In this document: positions 24,695-34,526 of the stretch, one piece after another
Layout: each line of letters begins with the position of its first letter
Position numbering within the stretch: the first letter of the stretch is position 1
NCBI GenBank assembly: GCA_963735595.1
Contig: CAVTLK010000002.1
Span: forward strand, 416,001-480,000
Direction of reading: 5' to 3'
Source of the DNA: an uncultured delta proteobacterium
GTDB lineage: Bacteria; Desulfobacterota; Zymogenia; Zymogenales; Zymogenaceae
Length of the DNA: 64,000 nt
Program-made: the position numbers and the translations under genes
Notes under the pieces: generated by a model
The model's database searches: none
What the model was told of the DNA's origin: nothing
What the model saw: only the letters and a program-made list of their open reading frames with translations

Positions 24695-25963
24695 CTACTG
24701 CGCTAATCCCAGCATCTTCTTGGCGTCCCCGAGGGCGGCGTCCAGCCGGTCGAGGATCTCTTCGGCTTCCTTCTGGGTCGTGATGAGCGGCGGCAGGAGC
24801 TGGCTTACCCGTTTGTCGTTATTGGCGTAGACCGAGAGGATTCCGTTATTGTAGCAGGTCAGCGACATCGCCGGGCCGCAGTACTCGTTGACCATCTCGA
24901 TGCCCATCATCAGGCCTAATTGTCTGAGCCCGACGAGTATTTCGGGGTGTTTCTTTTTGAGGCCGACGAAGCCCTTCTCGAAGATTGCGGCCATGTCGCG
25001 GACGTTTTTGAGAAAGGCCGGCCCGGACGATATTTCGAGGACCTTCAGGGCCACGGGGCAGCCCACCTCGGCCCCGCCGTAGGTGGAGACGTGGATGAAG
25101 GGGTCGGTATCCAGGAAGAACTGCTCGTATTTTTCCCTGAACATCGTGGCGGCAATCGGGAAGATCCCGCCGGAGAGTCCCTTGGCGATGATCATGATAT
25201 CCGGCTCAACGCCGAAGTGCTCGACCCCCCAGAGCTTTCCGGTGCGGCCGAGGCCCGTCTGGACCTCGTCCATGATCAGGACGACGTCCTTTTTGGTACA
25301 GATATCCCTGACCTGCGGGAAATAGTCGTCGTCGGGGATCGGCATCCCGAGGGTCGCCGGCACCGTCTCGACGATGACCGCCGCGGTCTGGGCGTCGATT
25401 TCCTTTTCGAGGGCTTCGCTGTCCCCGAAGGGGACCTGAGAAAAGCCGGGGGGCATCGGCCCGAAGGGGGCGCGGTATTTTTCGTCGCCGGCGGCCAGCG
25501 CCAGCCCCGTGTGCCCATGGTATCCTCCCCGGGCGCTGACGACGCGGGGGCGTTTCGTGTATCCCCGGGCCAGCTTGATGGCAAAATCCGCCGCCTCGCC
25601 CCCGCCGGAAGCAAAGCAGGTCCGCGTCAGCTCGGGGCCGGGGGCAAGCTCGGCCAGCCGCTTTCCGAGCATGGCCCGGGCCTCGCTGATGAGGTGCCCG
25701 TTGCCGATGTCAAGCTCTCCCATCGCCTCCGTCAGCGTCTTGATGATCTCGGGGTTGCGGTGGCCAAGGTTATAGACCCCTCCGTTGCAGTGGCAGTTGA
25801 TGATCCGCTTTTCGCCCGCCACGTCCCAGACGTAGATCCCCTCCCGCTTTCCGAAGACGAAGTCCATACCCATCTGTTTGAAGAAGGCGGCCTTGCCGGA
25901 GTTGACGTGCTCCGCGAAGAGGTCGATGATGGTCTGCTTGGGGGACTGTCCGATGAATTTCAT
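24695..25963 (-). CDS. Class III PLP-dependent aminotransferase
   Basis: GGGEAADFAIKLAR, YHGHTG, DEVQTGLGRTG, AKGLSGG and HVSTYGG. Confidence 0.93.
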   Translation of the reverse strand: MKFIGQSPKQTIIDLFAEHVNSGKAAFFKQMGMDFVFGKREGIYVWDVAGEKRIINCHCNGGVYNLGHRNPEIIKTLTEAMGELDIGNGHLISEARAMLGKRLAELAPGPELTRTCFASGGGEAADFAIKLARGYTKRPRVVSARGGYHGHTGLALAAGDEKYRAPFGPMPPGFSQVPFGDSEALEKEIDAQTAAVIVETVPATLGMPIPDDDYFPQVRDICTKKDVVLIMDEVQTGLGRTGKLWGVEHFGVEPDIMIIAKGLSGGIFPIAATMFREKYEQFFLDTDPFIHVSTYGGAEVGCPVALKVLEISSGPAFLKNVRDMAAIFEKGFVGLKKKHPEILVGLRQLGLMMGIEMVNEYCGPAMSLTCYNNGILSVYANNDKRVSQLLPPLITTQKEAEEILDRLDAALGDAKKMLGLAQ

Positions 25964-26219
25964 GGAAGGCCTCTCCGTAGAGGGTGGAGACGAAGCGACG
26001 CGCCGGTGACCGTATTCCGTACCGTATCACCGGCCGTTTTTAGTGTCAAGCGGAATGTAGGGAAATAGGCCGGGCGGTATATGTGAAGGGGGCGTATATA
26101 GATACAGTTCGGTATCGTCGGCGGGCCGATTTCTACGGATTTTATTATTATTTTTTCCTTGTAATTACCATCAATATGGTTATATTATAAGTAGATTACT
26201 TTGTTTTCGAGGTAGTGTT

Positions 26220-26609
26220 GTGCCGATCTACGAATATTCATGCACAAAATGCGGGAAGACCATCGAGGCGATGCAGAAGATGTCCGACCCGCCGCTGAAG
26301 AAATGTCCCCAGTGCGGGGGGGCGCTTGCCAAGATGATATCCAGCACGAGCTTCGTCCTCAAGGGGACCGGCTGGTACGCCACCGACTACGCCAAGAAGG
26401 GTAACGGCTCGGGCAACGGGTCGGGCAACGGGAAGCGCACCGACCATAAAGATCATGGGGACCACGGCAAAGACGTCGACATAAGAAAGGACACTTCGTC
26501 GCCCGAGAAGACCGCCGAGGCCAAGGCCGAGAAGACTGTGGAGAAGGCCGCCGAGAAGGCTACGGAGAAGGCCGCCGAGAAGGCAGCGAAGTCCGGTTCG
26601 GAGGTTTAG
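26220..26609 (+). CDS. FmdB family zinc-ribbon protein with a low-complexity EKAA tail
   Basis: [31 protein letters not shown]. Confidence 0.9.
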   Translation: MPIYEYSCTKCGKTIEAMQKMSDPPLKKCPQCGGALAKMISSTSFVLKGTGWYATDYAKKGNGSGNGSGNGKRTDHKDHGDHGKDVDIRKDTSSPEKTAEAKAEKTVEKAAEKATEKAAEKAAKSGSEV

Positions 26610-26638
26610 TCCCTCCCTCACCGGTATCCGTCTATTCC

Positions 26639-26666
26639 CCCCGTTTCGGAAGAAACGGGGTTTTTG
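26639..26666 (+). terminator. Rho-independent terminator
   Basis: ccccgtttc-ggaa-gaaacgggg followed by ttttt. Confidence 0.8.
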
Positions 26667-26754
26667 TTTAAAGTCAGCCGTTGCGCAGACTTACGAAGGG
26701 TCCCGCACTCTATATCCCGTCCGCGGAAAAAAGCACGCCCCATAAAAATTCTCC

Positions 26755-26791
26755 TTGCTTTTTAAAAAAACTGAATGTATATTCATTCAGT
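26755..26791 (+). promoter_or_regulatory. Sigma70-like promoter with an overlapping palindromic operator (FadR/YsiA-like box)
   Basis: TTGCTT-17 nt-TATATT; the palindrome ACTGAATG-TATATT-CATTCAGT (26770-26791) covers the -10 element. Confidence 0.75.
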
Positions 26792-26907
26792 ATTTTGATG
26801 GATTGATGAGAGTAGATGATATGCCATGTGTTTTCAGTTAGTTATCATCACTCACCTAACGGCAAGATATCCCAAAATAAGCTATCGAAAATAATAAGGA
26901 GGAAGCA

Positions 26908-28098
26908 ATGGCTCAAAAATTACGGGATGTTGTTATGGTGGACGGTATCCGGACCCCCTTCGGCAGGGCCGGGGAGAAGGGCTTTTTCTGGCTGACCCGC
27001 GCCGACGACCTGGTCACCAAGGTCATCGACGAACTGCTTCACCGCAACCCGCAGATCAAACCGGATATGGTCGACGAAAATATCTGGGGCGCCTCCACGC
27101 AGACGGGAGACCAGGGGATCACCATGGGCAGGACGACGGTACTCACGTCCAACCTCGACGTCTCGACGGCCGGCTGCTCGGTGGACCGTATGTGCGCGGG
27201 CGGTATGACGGCGCTGACCTACGGCGCCGGCCAGATCGCGATGGGCGCGGCCGACTGCATCATCACCGGCGGCGTTGAGCACATGGGGCACCACCCGATG
27301 GGCGCAGGGGCTGACCCCAACCCGCGGCTCTTCCAGGAGAACATCGTCACGGTTGACGACATTAACATGGGAAAGACGGCGGAGAACCTGCACGACATGT
27401 TCCCGGATATCAAGAAAGAGACGTGCGACGAGTACGCCATCTTCTGCCAGCAGAAGGCCAAGAAGGCGCTGGATTCGGGCATGATCGGCAAGATGATAGT
27501 CCCCATGACGGTTTACACCAAGGACGGCTGGACCCGGGCGGATTACGACATGCAGCCCCGGCCCGAGACGACCATGCAGGGCCTGGCCGAGCTCAAGACC
27601 CCGTTCCGCGAGGGCGGCCGGGTTACGGCCGGTAACTCGTCGGGCCTCAACGACGGCGCGGCCGGCGCTATCCTGATGTCGGCGGACCTCGCAAAAGAAC
27701 TGGGCTTAAAACCCGTCATCAAGATCTTCGGCTGGGCGTTTGCCGGTGTACCGCCCAAGATCATGGGATACGGGCCCGTCCCCTCCACGAAGAAGGCGCT
27801 GAAGAATTACAACATGAAATTCGAGGACTTCGGCCTCATCGAGCTCAACGAAGCCTTCGCCGTTCAGGCGATCGCCTTCATGAACGAGTTTGGATTGAAG
27901 GTCGTGGACGACCCGAGGATGAACATCTATGGCGGCGCGATCGCCTTCGGGCATCCGCTGGCCTCCTCCGGAATCCGGCTGATGATACATCTGATGCACG
28001 CATTCCAGGAAAGGAAGAACGTCAAGTACGGCATGACAACGATGTGCGTCGGTCTCGGGCAGGGCGGGACGGTTTTCTGCGAAAACCTCCTGGCCTAA
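26908..28098 (+). CDS. fadA: Acetyl-CoA C-acyltransferase (thiolase)
   Basis: RTPFG, DRMCAGG, TAGNSSGLNDGAA, ELNEAFA, GGAIAFGHPL and MCVGLGQG. Confidence 0.93.
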   Translation: MAQKLRDVVMVDGIRTPFGRAGEKGFFWLTRADDLVTKVIDELLHRNPQIKPDMVDENIWGASTQTGDQGITMGRTTVLTSNLDVSTAGCSVDRMCAGGMTALTYGAGQIAMGAADCIITGGVEHMGHHPMGAGADPNPRLFQENIVTVDDINMGKTAENLHDMFPDIKKETCDEYAIFCQQKAKKALDSGMIGKMIVPMTVYTKDGWTRADYDMQPRPETTMQGLAELKTPFREGGRVTAGNSSGLNDGAAGAILMSADLAKELGLKPVIKIFGWAFAGVPPKIMGYGPVPSTKKALKNYNMKFEDFGLIELNEAFAVQAIAFMNEFGLKVVDDPRMNIYGGAIAFGHPLASSGIRLMIHLMHAFQERKNVKYGMTTMCVGLGQGGTVFCENLLA

Positions 28099-28135
28099 TT
28101 CCTCTTAATAATGCTGACATTCTGGAGGTAATAAA

Positions 28136-30180
28136 ATGGCCTATCAAGAATTAGTCACGAAATTCAACGTGACCTTCAATAAATCCCGGGCGGGGAAGGT
28201 CGCCGTCGTCACTATGGACAACGGCGAGAACTACACCAAGCCCAATACCTTTGGCTACGGCGGCCTGACCTCTCTATCGGAAGCGATCGACAAGGTAAAC
28301 GCGGAAAAGGACGTCAAGGGAATGATGCTCGTGGGCAAGCCCTTCATCTTCGCGGTCGGCGCGGACCTGGACGGCACCGCGGACATCACAGACCGCTGAC
28401 GACGGATACAAGATCGGCAAGGCCGGCCACGACGCCATGAAGAAGATCTACGACCTGAAGATCCCGACGCTGGCGGCCATAAACGGCGCGATCATGGGCG
28501 GCGGTATGGAGATCGCCCTCTACTGCAAGTACCGCAGTGTGTCGGACGCGGTCGGCATCGCCGCGCTGCCGGAATGCTTCCTGGGCCTGGTCCCCGGATG
28601 GGGCGGCACGCAGCTCCTCCCGAAGCTGATCGGACCGGAAAAGGCGATCGAGATCATCATCACCAACCCGCTCAACCGCAACAAGATGATCAAGGCCAAG
28701 GATATGCTGGAATTGGGCATCGCCGACAAGATGTTCCCCAACGGCGAGTTTTACGATATGTCCTTTGATCTCCTGGTCGACATCATCGACGGCAAGGTCA
28801 AGATCGACCGCAAACCGGTAGACTGGTCGAAGCTCGATGATCTCTATAACGACGACCAAGGCGTTCATCGACGGAAACGTACACGGAGCGGCCATCGCCC
28901 CGTACAAGGCGCTCGAACTCATCAAGGGCGCCAAGGACTGGGACCTCAACAAGGGATTTGACGAGGAGAGCAAGGCCCTCGGGGAGCTGATCATCAGCGA
29001 CCAGTGCCGCGCCGGCGTCTACAGCTTTGACCTGGTACAGCGCCGCGCCAAGAAACCGGTCGGCGTGCCGGAAGTCCCGCCCGCAAAGATCGTAAAGATC
29101 GGCGTCATCGGCGCCGGCCTCATGGGCGCGCAGATCGCCACGCTCTTCCTGCAGCGCTACGAGTGCCCGATCGTCATGAAAGACATCAAGCAGGAGTTCG
29201 TCGACAAGGGCCTCAAGTACGTCCACGACCAGGTGGATAAGCTCGTCAAGAAGGGAAAGGTCAACGAGGGCAAGGGGATCTGGCTGAAATCGCTGGTCAG
29301 GGTACGCTGGACTACAAGGACTTTGCCGACTGCAACTACATCATCGAGGCGGTCCTCGAAGAGATGCCCCTCAAGAAAAAGGTCTTTGCCGAGGTTGAGG
29401 CGCACATCAAGCCCGAGACGATTCTGGCCACCAACACCTCGTCGCTTTCCATCACCGAGATGGCAAAAGACCTGAAAAATCCGGAGCGCGTGGTCGGCTT
29501 CCACTTCTTCAACCCCGTCGCGGTGATGCCGCTGCTCGAGATCGTCAAGGGCGGCAAGACCAACGATCGTGACCCTTGCCACCGCGTTTGCGATGGGTAA
29601 GAAGATCAAGAAGACCTCGGTTCTCGTCAAAGACTCCGCGGCCTTCCTGGTCAACCGGCTCCTCATGCGCTGGATGGGCGAGATCATAAAGGTCGTCGAC
29701 GAAGGCAAGAACTCGTTCAAGGAGATCGACGAATACTGCGTGACCCTCGGTTTCCCGATGACCCCGTTCGCCCTGCTGGCGCTCGTGGGACCCGCCGTGG
29801 GCCTGCACGTAGCCGAGACGCTCAATAGGGCCTTCGGCGACCGCTTCTACATCTCCCCCGGATTTAAGAAACTGGTCGAGCTCAAGAAACCGGGTATCTA
29901 CGATTGGAACGGCAACGAGGATCCGGACGTAGTGGCCAACTGGCCGCGCGGCTCAAAGACCTTCACCCAGCAGGAGGTCATTGACCGCTTCCTGACGGGG
30001 GTGACAGAAGAGTGCCGCATGATCCTGGACGAGGGCGTTGTCAGTAACGCAAAGGATATCGATACCTGCATGATCATGGGTGCGGGCTGGCCCTTCTTCA
30101 TGGGCGGCATCACCAAGTACCTCGATCAGAAGGGATACTCCAAGAAGGTGACGGGAAAACTGCTGGCCAAAGACGAGTAG
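28136..30180 (+). CDS. fadB: Enoyl-CoA hydratase / 3-hydroxyacyl-CoA dehydrogenase multifunctional subunit (multiple frameshifts)
   Basis: FAVGADL, GGGMEIAL, LPECFLGLVPGWGG, GVIGAGLMG, ATNTSSLSI, GFHFFNPV and GAGWPF. Confidence 0.88.
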
Positions 30181-30202
30181 GCAGACCGTCAATAGCGATG
30201 AT

Positions 30203-30232
30203 AAAGGGGCGCGTAACAGCGCCCCTTTTTTT
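30203..30232 (+). terminator. Rho-independent terminator after fadAB
   Basis: aaaggggcgc-gtaaca-gcgccccttt followed by tttt. Confidence 0.85.
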
Positions 30233-30300
30233 CCGGCGTGCATCTATACTGAATAAGGCTAACGGGCGGGTCCCGGCCGACGATGCCGCGTGGGGATCTC

Positions 30301-30573
30301 ATGAGGATACACAAGGTCTGCTACATCCAGCTCGTCGAAAACCCGATGATACACATCATGACCGACGAGCTTGATATCGGAAAGTACTATTACTTCAACC
30401 TGCGCACGGCCCGGTGGAACTTCGACGAGATCCCCCCGGAACTGATCGGAAAGGCCGAAGAGTTTCTGGGTGTCGATACGTTCGACGAACTGATTGCGTT
30501 TCGGGGACAGAAGCTCTCGCCGGAGGCCGAAACCGCCCGGGACGAGCTGACCGACGTATATCCGCAGCCATGA
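30301..30573 (+). CDS. Hypothetical protein
   Basis: About 90-aa ORF with coding-like codon usage; no family recognised. Confidence 0.5.
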   Translation: MRIHKVCYIQLVENPMIHIMTDELDIGKYYYFNLRTARWNFDEIPPELIGKAEEFLGVDTFDELIAFRGQKLSPEAETARDELTDVYPQP

Positions 30574-30684
30574 TCCGGGCGACGCGGGCGGGCCGCAATA
30601 GCAACGGCGACGGCGGGAGCGCGTAGTCCGATTGTATCCCCGTGGGGATCTGGCCGGGCAACTACCGCTCGTGAGCTTTAAGGC

Positions 30685-31212
30685 TATGAAATCTGATACC
30701 GAACAATCCCCGGTAACGGGGAATCGCAGCAAGGGGCGCCCTGCCAGGGTGTGGGCATTCGTGTGGGTGGGGATCGGTATCCTGGCGTTCCTTGCGGCCG
30801 GCTTTTTCCTGACTACTACAATTCTCTTTCGTTCCGCCTATACCGAGCCGAAACAGGAGGAGGCGCGAAACGATCCTTACCGACCTCTTTGAGTCCGAGA
30901 TGAGCTACTTCGCCCGACACCACTGCTTTTCGGCGGATGCCGGCCGCCTCGGGTTTGACCCGGATACGTCCCGACGCTACGAATGGGCGATCATCGCGGC
31001 GGACTGCACGTCATTTCGTCGCCCGGGCCTGGGCCAACCTCGACGACGATCCACAACTCGATATCTGGGAGATCACCGACGGCGACGCCTTCCGTCCCCT
31101 TCACGTCTTTGACGATAAAAAGGACATCGGCTACCGCATCGAGCCCCGCTCGACGGAGCGCTGGCGCCCGGTCGACGGGTATTTCAAGCCGCCGGTAAGC
31201 GATGAGCGGTAG
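30685..31212 (+). CDS. Type IV pilin-like protein (frameshifted twice)
   Basis: TM helix, then KQEEAR..EMSYF..LGFDP..RYEW..F(V)ARAWANLDDDPQLDIWEI, resembling the deltaproteobacterial PilA body. Confidence 0.55.
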
Positions 31213-31270
31213 GGAAGGGCGAGGAAATGTCCCGTCGGGGCGTCCTTTATATCGAATTACCCTCGCTCTC

Positions 31271-31475
31271 CGTCATTGCGGGGAGGCCGTCAGGCCTCAG
31301 CGCGGCAATCCCCGTACTGTGACCGTGAACCCCAACTCGTCATTGCGAGAAGGCGTTAGCCGACGAAGCAATCTCCTCGCCGCCGGAGGCCCCGCCTCAA
31401 TAAGGAAGAAACAACCGCAGGGAAACCGGACGGGAGGATGAGATCGCTTCGGTCATTTCACTCCCCCGCGATGTC
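31271..31475. repeat. REP-like palindromic elements (GTCATTGCG...GCAATC type)
   Basis: cgtcattgcg..gcaatc at 31271 and 31338, and an inverted partner gagatcgcttcg..cgcgatg at 31440-31475, between convergent genes. Confidence 0.65.
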
Positions 31476-31493
31476 AGCGGGATAGATACTCAG

Positions 31494-32253
31494 TTATTTC
31501 GTCCTATCCGGTTTTTCATCCGCTACCCGATAATAGAAAACCGTAACCGCAATAATCGCCGCGATCGTGATGAGCTGATAGGTCGTGAGCGTCCCGAAGA
31601 ACCACGCCCGCTCCGGGGCCCCTCGGAAGGGGTCGATGATCGAGCGGGAGGTGACGTACATCAGGACGAACAGGAGGATCAGCTCACCCCGGAAGGCGGC
31701 CGTCTTCCGGCGGATCAAGAGCGTTACGACGATGACGAGGTTTGCGACAAGGTAGTAGACCTGGGTCGGGTGGAGCGGGATATTGAGCGGCGCGGCCTTC
31801 GATTCGGTAAAGACGATCCGCCCAGGGCAGTTCGGTGGGGGCGCCCCAGCAGCAGCCGGCCATGAGACAGCCGACGCGTCCGACGGCCACGATCAGGGCC
31901 AGCGCCGGGGCGGCCGTGTCGAGCCACTGCCAGGGATCGAGCCTTCTTTTACGAAACAGGATCAGCGCCACGATCAGCGCCCCAAAGAGAGCCCCCTGGA
32001 ACGACCAGCCGGAGGCGATGGGGGAGGGATGCCGGATGAACTGTGCCCAGTTGGTCAGGATGAACAGGAGCTTTGCCCCGACCAGGGCCGACGGCAGCAT
32101 CCAGAGGATGATATCGACACCCGTCCACGCCGAAAGGCCGTCGCGACGGGCCAGGACGAGGAAGAGGACCACGCCGGCAAGGTAACCCGCCGTTATGAAA
32201 AAGCCGTACGACCAGACGATGTGGCCGTCGATGGTAAAGAGGATGGGATGCAT
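31494..32253 (-). CDS. lgt: Prolipoprotein diacylglyceryl transferase (frameshifted near 31820 and 31720)
   Basis: MHPILF..SYG, GAKL, GRVGCLMAGCCWG.PT.LPW, HPTQVY and R.IIDPFRG. Confidence 0.85.
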
Positions 32254-32436
32254 AACTAATAGCTGCTACCTGATATCGTACGGGATGACACTGGCAGGCA
32301 AGAATCGCTATTGACTCGTGCAATTTCGAGGGTGGCACTGAGAAGCGAAGCTTGTCAGTGATCCGAACTATTCCCAACAGCGGGAACGAACCTTCCGGTT
32401 GTACGAGGCACGCGATGGTACGGAGGATCGGGTGCA

Positions 32437-34526
32437 TTATGGCTTCTTGCCGGTTACCCGCGTTTTGCCCCCGGCGTGATTTGCACTGAGTGCCGACTTT
32501 ACGGCCTTTGCGATCGATTCTACGTCGATACGGTCCATGCAGTGGTTGGGTCCCATGGGGCAGGGCGTTCCGTAGATGCCGCTCCTTGTTTCCGTCAGGC
32601 ATCCGTCCGGGTTCTGGCAGATCCGGTGGCCGACGAGGGTTGTCTGGCCCGGCCAGCCGTAGGTGGCGGGGTCTGTCGCCCCCCAGAGGGTTACGGCGGG
32701 CGTGCCGACCAGCCGGGCGATGTGGACAAAGAGGTTATCGGTCGTGACGATCAGGTCGAACCGGGCCGCCAGCCCGATTGCCTCCCTGACGGTGGTGACG
32801 CCCAGGAGGCTGTAGGCCCCGCGGATATACCGGTCGCGCGCGGCGCCCGCCTGGGCGACGAAGATTCCCTCGGCGGAGAGGCGTTTGACCAGCTCTTCCC
32901 ACTGGGCGATGACATGTCTTTGCGGGGCGAGAGCGACCAGGGGCAGATCAGGACGTTTTTATCGGAAAGGGGGATGCTGTTGATGAGCAGCTCGTCGATC
33001 GACCGGCTCAAACGGCACGAAGAGGCGTTCGGCGGCCGGCATCGGGACGCCGAGCATCTCGGCAAGAATCTTGAAGGGGCGGCCGTTCGGTCCGCCGAAG
33101 TCCGGGGTGATCCCAGTAGGCGGTCCCGACGACGGCCGATCCGGGCGGCGGGTTGCCGATCCGTTCGACGGCGGGGTGGCCCTTGAGGATCTCGCCGTAG
33201 GTGGTTCGGGTGACCAGAGAGAAACGCCGCCGCGGGTCCTGATCGACGGCGGCCTTCAGGACGCCCGAAAGGATGATCGTGTCACCGTAGCCGCCGAAGG
33301 GGCTGATCCAGAGGGGACGGTTCTTGGGCGGCGCCCTGAACGGGACGACCGTCGCTGGCCGGCGGGACGGGAGGCTCGGGGACGCTTCGGTCCGTGCGGT
33401 CCGGGGACGCCGCCGGGCCGTCCGGCTCGAAGCGGACGCCGGTGATCGGCTCGAAGTACTTCTCGATGAACCCCTTCTTGTAGGCGCACAGGGGCGATTT
33501 TCTCATCCAGTCGCCGGTCTCGGCGTAGCTGTCCAGCGGGCAGCCGCCGTGGCAGACAGTCCAGAGGCGGCACCCCTTGCACTCACCCTGTTCGAGGTGC
33601 AGCTGGCGGGCGCGATACATCTCCTTTTGGGGGTCTTTGAGGACGCGTGTCTATCGAATTTTCGTGGATGTGGCCGTAGTCCAGCAGGCCCCAGTCCGAC
33701 GAGCGGCCGCACTGAGAATACCGGCCGGCGGGTCCCACGGACATGTGGGTATCGGCGCACATCCCCGACTCGGCGCATTCCAGGCCGCCCTTTCTCTCGA
33801 TGATCGCCTCCACAAACGACATGAAGGGACGAATCCTCGGGAAGCGATCCCGGCGCTCCCACCAGACCGGAAAAATCGCCCCGAGGAACTCCACGAATTC
33901 TTCCGGGGTTATCGCAAGCTTGGCGACCTTGCGCTTGAAGGAGTAGATCGAGTTGAACTTGACGGAGCCGGTTTTGTTGAGGTTGGTCAGAAAGTAGAAG
34001 AGGTCAAGGGGGGCGTCCAGAGAGAGCTTCGTGACGACGTAGATCATCCCCCAATTGATGTCGTTTTCCTCCAGAAGGCCCAGCGCGTCCATGAAACGCC
34101 GGTTATAGGCCGCCGAGTCGATAGTGCTGCCCAGACCCCGGACGTCGGGGATCGGGTCGTAGCTCGTGCTGACGCCGTTGATGCCGAGCGTCCGAAAGAC
34201 CTCGATATATTCCGGCGACAGCAGGGTAATGTTGGTCTGGATATCGTGGGAGATGCGGTCCTTTCGTGCCGGGGCAGTGCCGTTGTTCGAATTCATGGGC
34301 CTTCAGGAAATAGTCGGGCCCCAGCAGCAGCGGCTCGCCGCCGTGCCAGATGATCTGGAACCGCTCGTCCGGGCGATCGGCGAGGTATTCATTGACCCGA
34401 ACAAAGAACCGCTCCAGGGTCTCCAGCGGCAGCCGTGACGCCCTTTTCGCGGTCTTTCCTGACCACGTCGCAGTAGGCGCAGTTGCCGTTGCACGCCTCG
34501 GTCGGTTTAAATATGACGGTGGTCAT
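32437..34526 (-). CDS. Radical SAM/SPASM peptide maturase with a C-terminal glycosyltransferase family 9 domain (reconstructed over frameshifts)
   Basis: RBS gaaaggag and ATG 34526: MTTVIFKPTEACNGNCAYC; WHGGEPLL, IQTN; SPASM CAESGMC..SQCGR..CKGCRLWTVCHGGCP..LC; then WISPFGGYGDTIILS, DLIVTTDNLFVHIA..GTPAVTLWGATDP..CMDRIDV. Confidence 0.8.

Noticed and set aside
26400..26595. Short DNA repeats (ggcaacggg, gccgagaagg) in the FmdB gene
   Set aside because: They encode an ordinary low-complexity GNGS/EKAA tail, which is common in this family.
32254..32412. Possible ncRNA or IS remnant between lgt and the rSAM-GT9 gene
   Set aside because: No recognisable RNA family, transposase or terminal inverted repeats can be supported from the sequence alone.
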